IMG/VR virus record: IMGVR_UViG_3300040801_003393 | Location: 32,001 to 96,000 of that record | Reading direction: 5' to 3' (one strand) | DNA from: a virus | Length of the DNA: 64,000 nucleotides | Shown here: positions 20,401 through 32,800 of the stretch, in pieces | Layout: each line of letters opens with the position of its first letter | Numbering within the stretch: the first letter of the stretch is position 1 | Translations under genes and position numbers: made by a program | The notes under the pieces: model-generated | What the model saw: the letters and a program-made list of their open reading frames with translations, nothing else | Told to the model about the DNA's origin: nothing | The model's database searches: none

Positions 20401-20836
20401 GTTTGATGGGTTACAAGATTATCGTATGATCAGTGATAATATGATCTTAAATAGTGTTAAGTTTAAACCATTGTTTGGTGATAAGGCAGAACCTGCATTG
20501 CAGGCATTCATTAAAGTGGTAAAGTTACCTAACACGGTAATAAGCAACTCTGAGATAAAGAGTCAAATAATTTCGCATATGAATGACTATTTTGATATTA
20601 ATATTTGGGACTTTGGCGATACGTTTTATTTCTCCGAATTGTCAGCATACCTTCATAGCAAAATGGGTGACGCAATTGGGTCTGTTGTAATCATACCAAA
20701 AGATAGAACTCAACGATTTGGTAATTTATATGAAATAAAATCAGCACCCTATGAGATTTTTACTAATGCAGCAACAGTCAATGATGTTGAAATTATTGAT
20801 GCATTAACCGCAAGCAAACTACAAATTGGTAATTAA
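17456..20836 (+). CDS. gp6: Baseplate wedge gp6-like
   Basis: ENFLDTAERRDSV..LAKLVGY, FGDG, E...IK..AP..FYTQNRMVN.EDY. Confidence 0.85.
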   Translation: MATTSRQTSLFGVEDWKRIYKTYKEADFQSYNFETLRKTFIDYLRQHHPESFNDYTESSEFIAILDLIAFMGQSLSFRNDLNTRENFLDTAERRDSVTRLAKLVGYTPKRNEAANGFLKVAAISTTENIVDYNRNQLANSVIRWNDKTNEDWQEQFATVLNAVLVNSQRIGQPGRSATIVGVKTDEYQIRMAEGFLPVIPFSATVDGVRMDFEVVNATSTGKTYLYEPAPRTNGPLNILYRDDKLGFSSPDTGFFFHFKQGLLQRQDFTLSDRIANRSVDVNIPGTNNEDVWLYEIGSGSNTLWTEVESIYSSQSSQTEIDDRRFYSITSRTDDQITLNFGDGVFSTIPIGTFRCYARSSNGLEYIINTSEIQNVDIEVRYISKLGRAETATFTLALTNPVSNAKNRENLTDIKRRAPARFYTQNRMVNGEDYNNFPFTNYGSIIKSKAINRATIGTSRYLDLIDPTGKYSSINTFGADGMLYQDLSESSFTFTFNDRNDIQSVIVNQVEPLISKRGTIHFYYDQFSRVPLDTLSIFWNQSTTFTNETTGYFKNSVGTPLPIASFVNDNRKYIVSGALVKFVPPTGSHFNVNNRIEPGLPVKATDKLEIWASVLDIYLDGTNFGVGNFDDGSGPIKLNNFVPSGAVPMEIILPYKTDLPASLEQDMLVEIELYRNLGLGYDHINNEWYLITHDNIDLDGEFSIVNARATNNLNNDASWLIKFESTITGYVVTSRTLNYYFASVLETRFFFEGNRKIYDPKTGKIVNDFIKILKTNAAPDDNRSLSSDIVLDIIDQSVESDGYINDFNVEVSFTDNDSDGLADDPDFFKKFVNPDVNINDKKVFFQSTVDFDNLERWLPVAPGSINSEYPTGTIIGQVKTEYPAGTVFYAFEEDKFYSLDVNGIAREVNERSDYIARVGRGDIQFQYRHNAPDSRRINPGVSNIIDVYVVTSAYYEAYRRYIQDTTNRVQQPAAPTTDQLTVEFDGLQDYRMISDNMILNSVKFKPLFGDKAEPALQAFIKVVKLPNTVISNSEIKSQIISHMNDYFDINIWDFGDTFYFSELSAYLHSKMGDAIGSVVIIPKDRTQRFGNLYEIKSAPYEIFTNAATVNDVEIIDALTASKLQIGN

Positions 20837-20841
20837 CGACT

Positions 20842-23800
20842 ATGGCAAGAATTCGAAGTGTAGATTTTCTACCAGAGATTTTTAAAACTACAACTAACAA
20901 AAAGTTTTTAGGTTCTACTCTTGATCAGTTAATACAAGAACCAAAACTAAAGGTAACACAAGGTTATATTGGCCGCAGGTCAGGCGCTGGGGTAGGGGTC
21001 AATGACACATATCTCATTGAGCCTACAGTCAGTCGGGAAAATTATCAGTTAGAGCCAGGTATTATTTTTAATGATAAGAATGGTGTTGCAGTTGATGCAT
21101 TAACTTATCCTGGGTTAGTTGACGGGTTGAACGTGCGTGGAGCATTAGTTAATAACCACAATAGATTATTCGAAGCAGAGACCTATTCGTGGGACCCGCT
21201 GTTTAACTTTGATAAATTTGTAAATTATAGTCAATATTATTGGCTACCGGAAGGTCCGTCGTCGGTTAACGTTCAAGCTGAAGAAGTATTGCTTGAAGAT
21301 GAGTTCGATGTCTCTCGGAATGATGGTGATAGTTCATACACCTTTTCCGGTAAAGCTGGTCAAAACCCAATTTTAACTTTAGTTCGTGGTGGAACGTATA
21401 CATTTAATGTAGGACAAACTGGCCATCCATTCTGGATACAAACTGAACCCGGATTGACGGGACATGTAAGTTGGGCGGAAAATATTTCTAGTAGAGAAAT
21501 ACTCGGGGTAGTAAACAACGGTGATGATAATGGTACTATAACATTTAATGTTCCATTGAGCAACGGACAAGATTTCTACGACACACTACTTGACCTAGGT
21601 CCTGTCGACTTAGCAACAATGGTTAAATTTAATGAAATTAACCGTAAGCCACTGGACGAAATCGTTTCAATTAACGAGATCGAAAACCTCGAAAATAAAA
21701 CTATTGTATTTGTTAACCCAACGGTCGGCGATGCAACTACCTTGGGTTGGGTAATCGAGGCATTACCAAATTATGCCGACTATAGTAATAGCGGAGATTT
21801 CAGCACCACAACCGTATTGACGTCGTTGTCAGAAAGATATCAGATTTTTAAAATTTTTATTGTATATGACAACTGGGGCGAAAACCCAATTATTAATTTG
21901 GTCCCTATTCAAACTGTAAATCAGTTTGAGAAGTTTACTATTCAATATGGACCAGTGTATAGTAATATCGGCTTTTATAAAAATTCCTCCGGTGTATTTG
22001 AACAAATTCCGAGAATAACTGCACCACTTGACCAACTATTCTACCAAGACGGCAACAATGAAGATATCTTTGGTGTTATTAACTTAGTTGACGCAAACGA
22101 ATCAGCTACTTTGTTTATTTCAGATATCATTGGAAATGATTCTTATACTAGCCCAAATGGCGTCGAGTTTACTAACGGTCTTAAAGTAAAATTTAGAGGC
22201 GATGTAGTTCCAGCAGAATATACCAACGAAGAGTATTATGTAGAAGGTGTAGGCACATCTATTAAGCTATTACCGGTAAGAGATTTTATTACGCCTGAGC
22301 CATATACTAAAAATGCATCAGATCCATTTGACTCGTTGCCATACGATTCCATTGCATATGATGGTAGTTTAAACTCACCGCTTGAAGAAGATTACTTAAC
22401 GATTAATAGAGCCAGTCAGGATCTGAACGCTTGGACTAGATCAAATCGTTGGTTCCATATTGATGTATTGCAAAAGTCGGCAGACTATAACAATGTAACA
22501 TTGGTTGTAGATCAGACTAGTAGAGCAAAGCGACCAATAATTGAATTCGAATCAAACTTGCAACTTTTTAACTTCGGCGCGGTTGCAAAAACACCCGTTA
22601 ATGTAATAGATACAAAAGAAGTAGATGCATTAAGTAACGTTCATGGTAGTCTGGGTTATGCAGTCGACGGATTTATTTTGTCCGAGGGCTCACGTATAAT
22701 CTTTGCAGCCGATACTGACCCGAATGTAAAAAATAAAATTTTTAATGTATCGTTTGAGGACCTGGACAATAGCGGAACAGAAACGTTAGTTTTAACGTTG
22801 GCCGAAGATGGCAACGTAGTTGAAGACGACGTAGTATTGGTTACCAGTGGATTAACGCAGCAAGGAAAAACATACCACTTTAGTAACAATCAGTGGGTAT
22901 TAGCACAGCAAAAGAATAGTGTAAACCAGCCACCGTTATTTGATATTTTTGACAACGACAATATTAGTTTCTCTGATATTTCAAAATACCAAGCATCAAC
23001 ATTTAAAGGAAGCAAACTTTTTAGTTATGCAATTGGTAACGGTTCAAACGATATTGTATTAGGGTTCCCACTACAGTATCTAAACATTGGCAACCTTGGC
23101 GATATTGTTTTTGAAAATAACTTGTATATAGATACATTTTTGTATGTTGAAAATTCAGTCAGCCAGGAACTTCCAATTAGCAGTGGATTTGTTAAGCAGT
23201 TCTCATCAGCAACAGAGTACAATTGGCGCATTGGTTGGACTAGATCTGCAGAAAGAATGTATGTCCCTCAAGTGTTTAACTTTACATATACCGGAGCACC
23301 ATTACAATTAGATGTAACACCAAGAACAGATTTAGAAGTCCCGTCTATTAAAATATTTGTTAACAACTCTTTTGTTCCGTCAACAGATTATGCAGTAACG
23401 ACGCATGACAGGGGAACGACGATTGCATTTAATGAAATTGTTGCTACAGATTCAAAAGTAGAGGTGCTAATTTACTCTGACGAGGTTAGCGACATCGGTT
23501 ACTATGAAGTGCCACGAAACCTGTCACAGAATATTTTTAATGAAAATACAGATAGGTTGACATTAGGAACAATTAGAAATCACTATAATAGCCTAGCACA
23601 AAATATTTTAAACCTAGTAGGAAATATCAACGGTGCTAATAACATTAGAGACCTAGGCAATGTTTCGAGTTACGGCGATATTATAATACAGCATGCCGCA
23701 CCGTTAGCATTGGCTGCTAAGTTTATTCGCACACGAGAGTACGACCTGTTTGAGGCAATTAAATTCAATGGTCGGTATTACGAAAAGTACAAGAATCAAT

Positions 23801-26800
23801 TATTAGATTGGGTGCAAAAAAACGATATTGCAGATCTTTCAATTGACGAAATTTTAGAACATGCAGTAGCAAATATTACGGCTGGTAAAACCCTCGACCA
23901 TGCATTTTATAATTCAGATATGTTACCAGCCGGCAATGATTACGACGTTGTAACCCATCAAATTACAGCGATCAGTACAGATACATTCGATATCATTAAT
24001 GTATATGATTTTACAAAGGCCAACTCGAAAGCCATATTAGTATATCTTAACGATACGCTGTTGGTTAAAGATCATGACTATATTGTAGCTGACGACGGCC
24101 CAAGGATAACACTATTAATCGACTCAAACATTGACGATATTTTGACAATAAAAGAGTACAGGGACACAGCTGGGTCAATGTTGCCTGCCACCCCAACCAA
24201 GTTGGGTTTGTATCCAAAGTATCTGCCAGAAAAGTTTGTAGACAATACATTCATTACACCAACTGAAGTTATTAGGGGTCACGACGGATCTATAACCGTT
24301 GCATTCGGTGACCTTAGAGATGACGTTTTGTTAGAATTTGAACGTCGCATATACAATAACATCAAGGTCAATGATAATATTCCGTTGTTATCTGATGATG
24401 TTATACCAGGACAGTATCGTAATACTGGTTATTCAGATATTGAAATAACAGAAATTCTGTCACCGTCATTCTTATCTTGGGTTGGTTGGAACCGACTTGA
24501 TTATAGGGAGCAAGACTATAGAGCAAATGATAGTCGCACCTGGAACTATAGCTCTTCGAGTAGCGTAATAGATGATTCTCTCTTAAAAGGTCATTGGCGT
24601 GGAGTATTCAAATATTTCTATGATACAGACGCTCCACATACACGACCATGGGAAATGTTAGGTTTAACTGAAGAGCCATCCTGGTGGGAAAATCAGTACG
24701 GTCCTGCACCATATACATCAGGCAACTTAGTTCTATGGGATGATCTAGAAGCTGGTATAATCCGGGACCCAAATGGAGAGTATATTGACGAAAGATATAT
24801 TCGTCCAGGACTAACAGATATAATTCCTGTCGACGGCGAAGGTAATTTACTAACGCCAATGGAAACGGTTGTTAAGACCTATTCGTCATACAACTTTAAA
24901 AAATCCTGGAGAATCGGCGATTTGGCACCAGTTGAGGCTGCCTGGAGACGTTCTTCATTATGGCCGTTCGCAGTACAACGATTGTTGGCCCTAACTAAGC
25001 CAGCACAATATTTTGCACTAATGGCTGACAGAGATCGTTACACATATAACGAGGAACTTCAGCAGTACCTATTAGATGGAAGATACCGTCTTGATTCTCG
25101 AGCAATCGAAGTATTAACATCGGATACTCCAAAACACAGTTACATTAACTGGATTATTGAATACAATAAACATTATGGTTATAACTCGGCTGACGAATTA
25201 GTTGAGAGTTTAAGTAACCTTGATGTTAACCTTTGCTATAGAATGGGCTCATTCACTGATAAGAATAGACTGAAGATTTTTACAGATAAGAGCTCGCCAG
25301 ATTCTACTAACAATAGTTTACTCCTACCAGATGAAAGCTATAACTTGTTACTGTATAGAAACCAACCATTTGACGAAATTATATATTCATCGGTTATTGT
25401 ACAAAGAGTTGAAGACGGATATTCAGTATTTGGTAACTCAACAACTGACCCGTATTTTAAAATAATGCAGAGCATTCCAAATGGAAACTTTAAAACTTTC
25501 CAAATTGGTCGAACAACAAAGTCAGCAACAACTATTAGAGTTCCGCAGGACTTTAGAGATTCTGTAGTTTACATTCCATACGGATACGTCTTCTCCAATA
25601 AGCACCAGGTAGTAGATTTCTTAGTAAGTTACGGTGAATACTTGTCTCGTGTTGGTGTCAAATTTAACAACAGTCAAGATACAGTAGATCTCGATTGGAC
25701 ACAAATGGCCAAGGAGTTTATATACTGGGTTGATCAGGGTTGGAGTATTGGAAGTGTTATTAACCTAAACCCAACAGCAGAATCATTGGAGTTTGAGCGA
25801 GAGTTAGCAATTGTTGATAGTTTACTTAATTTAGCAGTTAATGAGCAACCTCTCGATCAAAACAATATACCATTGGCGCCTGCTGATTATGTAATCGATC
25901 GACTTGAGAATAACTTTAAGTTGACGACACTCAATGATCGCATTTTAAGTTACCTAAATCTCCAGTTAACCAGCTTCGAACACTTGTTAATATTAGATAA
26001 CACAAGTATTTTCAATGATGTAATTTATTCGCCAGTGACCGGAGTCAGGCAGAACCGAGTTAAACTTGTTGGCTATACAGTTAACGAGTGGAACGGTCAA
26101 CTTGATGCGCAAGGATTTTTATTTAGTGACAATAAAATTGATGAATGGGTCTACACAAAATCCTATAGTAAAGGAAGCATTGTTAAGTTTAAGAATTCAT
26201 ATTGGACTGCAATAAAACCAATAAACCCATCGGAGATGTTTGATTACGACGCATGGGTTAAGATCGAGCCTAGCGATATATCAACTGGATTGTTATCTAA
26301 CCTAGCTACAAAGTCTGATCAAATGTTGCAATTCTATAACAATAAAACTGCAAACCTTGAATCAGATGCAGATTTGTTGGCATTAGGTTTAACTGGTTTT
26401 AGACCTCGTGAGTATATGTCATCATTGGATCTAGACGACATCTCGCAGGTAAACATCTATAGTGACTTAATAAAACAAAAAGGAACTTTAGACAGTTTAG
26501 GAATGTTTAAGAACATAACACTAAACGGAAACAAAACTGAATATAAGATTTTCGAAAACTGGGCAATACGTCGGGCACAATATGGTGCAACTGCGTCGCG
26601 AGCTTATTTTGAATTGCAACTAGACGAAGCGCAGCATAACGCAAATCCAACGTCAATTGCTATAGTAAATGGCCCAACTGAAGTAACAGATGCTGACCAG
26701 AAAGTTACTCTGAATCAGATTTACAAACAAAGTGTAAAGCATACCTCAAAAGATATTTTACCTTTGTTAACTGAAAAAGTTACAGACGTAAGTCTACCAT

Positions 26801-29800
26801 ATGCTGGATTTGTTGACTTTGAAGATGTAGATTTCTATACCTTCTCGTTAGATACGTTTGAAACCATTGACGCAAATTTAAGTGATATAATTGATAGTAC
26901 ACTAATTTGGGTCGCTAAAGATACAGATTATGACTGGAACGTATATCGTGTTACCGCTATAAGTCCGCCTGTTGTTCGAGTGCAAGATAACTTAAATGGA
27001 ACTTTAACAATTGAGTTTGCAGCACCACACCAGCTAACAGCAAATACAGTTATTATTATCAAGTATTTTGATAGTCAGATAGATGGAACATATCGAGTTA
27101 ATGGAATTGTTAACGAAAAGAAGGTACAAGTCAATGGATCATTGTTAGAAGATCAAACAGTAATTGAAGATGAAGTTGGCTCGGCGTTTAAGTTAGTGTC
27201 AGTTAGGGTTGATTACCCATCATCAATTGTAGACTCGCCATTTGACAAGCAATTATTTGCTGATGATCGTATTTGGGTTAACAATGACGGTGGATTAGCG
27301 AGAGTATATGAGAAAGAACGTGCGTTTACTTCAGTTGGATCACTCGAGTCAACTGTATCTTCGAGCGAGTCTGATTTTGGATCAGCAATTGCGCAAGGAA
27401 GAAACAATACCGGGGCAATAGTTGGCGACGTGCTTAATAATGGTAGCAAAGGTATACTTTATTGCTATAATAAGGCTACAGCATCAGAATATATTTTACA
27501 TAGCTTATTAGACTTATCGCATTTACCAGTTAACCATTTAGGAAAAACGCTAGCAATGGCAACCAATGTTGCTGCGGTAGCGGCTGATGGCATGGTAGCA
27601 ATTATTAATCGTAATGTTGCTAAGGACGTATTTGAGTTTACACAAATATTACCAGAATACCCAAGTGGGTTTGGTCAGGCAATTACAATAAGTGCCGATG
27701 AACGTTGGTTGTTTATTACCGAGTACGAGCAATTTTCCGATGACCCATATCTGACTCTTGATACGCAACGGTTGCACATTTACCAGCAAATTAAATATCA
27801 GGACCAGGAAGTCACCTATACTGCCACCGGAACACAAACACAGTTTGAATTAGAAGGATATGTTGTAATAGGTACAACAGCGTCGGCAAATAATCAGGTA
27901 ACTGTTACAGTTAATGGAAATAAAGTAACAAATTATGTTGTAAATGGGCCAACTATACAATTTACATCTGCACCACCAGCTGGCGCCATTGTAAATATTC
28001 GTCGTAACGATATACAAACATTTGAAAGTGACGGTTCAACTACTACATTTACAGTTAATGGACTGCATGCTATTAACGGCATTGAGTCTATTTCTGTATA
28101 TGTTGAGAATAAGATTTTACGTCCGAACGAGGACTATACCTTTAGTGGCATAGATTTAGAATTGTTAGTTGCACCACCAGCAGGAGATGCAATAACCGTA
28201 AGAACGGGCAACTATTATGTCGAAGTGTCGGAGATAGATTTTAACGTTGATGATGCACAATATGGTTTATCCATTGATGTTGGCGAAGATGCCCAACAAA
28301 TAGTTGTTGGCGCACCTGGACTTTCTGAACATGGGCCAAGTAGTACAACCGTTAATAATGTTGGGCGAGTTATACTTTACAATAGAGCAGTTGAACGGTT
28401 TGTTGCTACAATAGATGGGCAAGCCGGCGTTACAACTTTACGCACACCTAAGGCAACATCTCAAGTTTGGGTGAATGGTGTACCTCTAGAGCCTGCACAG
28501 TTTAATAAAAACCCACAGTATACAATAAGTGGAAATATTATAACCTTAACTGGTGTTGAAATTAAGGCAGGTGATTTTATTGATGTTGACATTAATGATT
28601 TCATAGACTATCAAACATTAGATATAAACGTCCCACGTGAAGATGCTCTTTTTGGTAGCGCAGTTAGCCTATGTCGTTCGGAGTGTGCATTGTATGTAGG
28701 TGCACCTGGCGACATAATCTCAGGGAAGAAAGATGCAGGTTCAGTGACACGATTTGTTAATATGTCAAGAATGACTGGGGTACTAGTTGGTACAAATCAA
28801 AATCCAACAGTCACAGTTGGCGATTCAATTAGAGTTAACAACGTTGAGGTTATTTTTACCAACACGAATGTTGAACAAGTAGCTACCGACATTAATAATA
28901 CGTTAATACCTAACGTACGAGCATATGTAAGTGATGGATACTTGGTTATTGAACTTAAAAATAAAGAAGTAGCATCTTTAGCTAATAGGTTGAAAGTTAC
29001 ACCTGGGCGGTCAGCAATCAATAACGACATTGAGGCGTTTAATAACTTAGGTTTAGCTCCATATCAGTATACTCAAACAATTACCGCTCCAGATCCAGAG
29101 AGTTTTGGTCGATTCGGAAATGCTGTACAAATTGATTATAACATGAATCAGTTGTATGTTGCAGCCGAGAACATGAGTGCGAAAAAGATTGCTATATTTG
29201 ATAATAGAGAGACAACGTTTGACGGAAGAACTTTACGATTTGTTGATATATACGATCGATCTGGTGTAGTTTATACATATGATGTTCTACGTGACGAGAC
29301 TAGATTTACTCCAGGTAAACTAGCATATGGTGAACAAGTATACGACTTTAAATTGCAAAATTCAAATGGATTTGGCCAACGCATTAGTGTAGTTGATGGA
29401 CTAATGATGGTGGGTTCACCAGGATATGACGAGCCAACTGTTGATGCTGGTAGGGTTGCATTGTTCTATAACTTCAAGCGTAAGCTGACCTGGACTGACA
29501 TTAAAGTTGAACAGCCTAGAACAGACGTAACGTTAATTAATAGCGCATTTATCTACGACTACACAACAAGTCAAGTAAAACAATACCTTGACTATATCGA
29601 TCCATTGAATGGAAAAATACTAGGCCCAGCAGCACAAAACCTAGATTACATTCGCGGCGACGATCCAGCACAATACATGGCCTCTACCGAAGGCCCATTA
29701 TGGGGCGAAGCACAAGTTGGCCAAATGTGGTGGGATACATCTACGGTACGATTCCTAGACTATTTCCAGGATGATATTAAGCGCGGTTTGAAACGATGGG

Positions 29801-32800
29801 GTAAAACTTTCCCAGGTAGTTCCATTGATGTTTACGAATGGGTAGAGTCAAGTCTTCCACCAGCACGTTATACTGGCGAAGGCGAAGTGTATGACTTAAA
29901 CAAATATGTTTCTGTAACATTAGTCAATGAGCAACGTATCATTGAGAGCAAACATTACTTCTGGGTTAAGGGTATATCGCAGGTAAACAAAAATGCATAT
30001 AAGACACTCGGCGCCGAAGCAGTTGCTACATACATCGAAACACCAAGTGCGTCGGGTCTGCCGTATCTGGCATTAATAAATGCAAGTACAATCGGAATGT
30101 TTAATATGACATCCGAGATTGATGTTAAAAATGTTATCTTGCATGTTGAATATGATAAGGTACGCAATGATAGCAAAGTATTTGTAGAGTTTGATCTATT
30201 GCGTGAAGGAGACGAAAGAGATACACTATCTCCTAGCGTATATAAAAAGATGCTAGATAGTTTCTGCGGAGTTGACTCGTTAGGAAACGCGGTTCCAGAT
30301 ATTAATCTAACCATTACTGATAGATACGGAATTGACTTTAGACCACGCAAGTCTATGTTTGTAGATAGGTTTGCAGCATTGTCAATGTATATACAAAAAG
30401 TCAATGGCATAATTGCACAGTATCCGGTTGCTGAATCTAAGGTATATCCTTTACTGAATAGTAAAGAAGAACCGCCTGCTGCTAACACAGGAGCATGGGA
30501 TCTTCGCGTTGCAGACAATGCAGAATTATCGTATCAGAACTTTAATATTGTTCCTGCAGGATACAAGTATTTGGTAGAAATTGATAGCAACAACAATGGC
30601 CTGTGGTCAATATATGAAGTTCAAGCAAATAAAACGTTACAGTTGATTGTAGTACAAAGTTATGATACAAGACAGTTTTGGAACTATATTAACTGGTACG
30701 CAGATGACTTTAATCCATTGACTAAACCAGATATTGTTGTTGACACTTATGCGCAACTATTGACTATCGTTAAAGAAGAAGGTCGTGTTGCTAGAGTAAA
30801 CTTGAACGCAAATGGTAACTGGGAAATATATCGTTGCCAAAACAATATTTGGGAACGTGTAGGTCTACAAAACGGAACCATTGCCTTCTCGACGCAGTTG
30901 TACGATTATTCTCTCGGTAGGTTTGGCTTTGATAACGAAGTTTTTGATGCGCAATATTTTGATCAGGAACCAGTAATCGAACTGCGTAATATTTTACGTT
31001 CAATCAATGAGGAAATATTAGTAGGCGACTTAGCTCTTGAACGCAACAATGTTCTAATAGCGGTGTTCAAGTATATTCTGTCAGAACAACAAAACGTAGA
31101 TTGGTTATATAAAACATCATTGATTGATGTTTCGCATAAAGTTAGAACATTAGATTCATTTTCAGTCTATCAGAAAGAAAATCAGAATTATGTTATCGAC
31201 TATATCAACGAAGCTAAACCATATCATACAAAAATTAAAGAATTCCGACTCGGCTACGACGGGTTTGACCAGTATAACGGTTTGGTAACTGACTTTGATT
31301 GTCCATCATACTATGATTCAGAGTTCGATCAATTTATTAGTCCAATTCTTGACGATGGTGCAATTTTAGTAACAGACCCAAGTAATAAAGCACCAACTGA
31401 TCCAATTTGGGGAGAATTCCCATGGAGTTCCTGGTACTCAAATTATAAATTGCAAATCAGTGTAATCGAGGTACTAGACGGTGGCGCTGGATACACTATT
31501 CCACCACAGGTTAAGATTGTTGGTGATTGCGAAGAACCTGCTATTTTAGAAGCCCGTGTTAGTGGTAGCGGACAAATTACAGAGGTTCGTGTAATAACGC
31601 CAGGGTGTGGTTATTTGGATACTCCAGTTATAACATTCATAGGTGGTAACGGCAGTGGCGCTTCAGCAAAAGCAGTTATGCGTAATGATCTAGTTAGATC
31701 ATTTACTTTAACCATAAAATATGACCGTTACGAATATACATCCTCGGTCTTAAACTGGGAAGATACAGTTACACGAAATATTGATGATTTAATAAGATTC
31801 AACAATACCGTATACCGGGTCAAAGAATCAAATAACGATTTAACTTTTGTGTCGAGCAAATACGAAGAAGTTAATATCGAAGAATTGTCGGGTATTGATC
31901 GTACTGTCGGGTATTATGTACCGGATGTTAATAAACCAGGATTAGATTTATCGTTACTTGTTGACGGTATTGTGTTCCCGGGAGTACAGGTTGATGGCCC
32001 TGGATTTAATTTAAGTTCTGGATTTGATGTTCAGTTTTGGGATACAGATCTGTTTGATAGTATTGTATATGGTCCAGAAGGATACCCAACGTATCCTGCA
32101 AGTGCAATAGATACAATATACGAAAGTTCATTCCTAGACGGATATCTAGGAACACGGGCAACAGATATAAATGTAGACGGTGGAGAATTTATTGATGTTT
32201 ATCATTCCCACGCCCCAGAGGAGCTAGTTCCTGGCTCAATGTTTGATACATTAAGCATTAGTGTTTACTCTCGCCCAGGTGCTGATTGGTTAAATGATGG
32301 TCATAGTTATGCATATCTAGCAGAAACATTTAATGTAACTACAGTTCCGGCAATGGTGAGTTTTGCAAATATTGCAGAATACCCAATTACTGTATTTGTA
32401 GTAAACGCAACAACAAAACGTACCCTATACGAAACTATAGATTTTACCGTTGATTGGATTAATCAGACAGTGTTAATAACTGATGATATAGCAATTAACG
32501 ATAACGTTAAGGTTTTTATTAGTGAAATTGGCGGTGGTGATCAACTTCACCGAGAAATTATATTTGGTAACGAAGTAGTCAATGATCGTTACGAAATTCC
32601 AGTTAATGCGTCTGAAATTAAAGAAGTTATTGTTTTTGCTAACGGAGTAAGATTGCAGAACATAACAGTTGAGGCGATTGATAGCTATAGTTCAAATGTG
32701 GTGTTCTCAGACACATTAACAGCGAATGAGTTTGTAACAATAACAGTATTTGGTATTAGCTCCCCATACGATGAGAATTATTTGCAGACATTTACGTTTG

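Noticed and set aside
9151-20836. Bacterial T6SS/eCIS interpretation of the VgrG/gp25/gp6 genes
   Set aside because: Context (gp55, gp46/47, late promoters, nucleotide genes) indicates a phage tail
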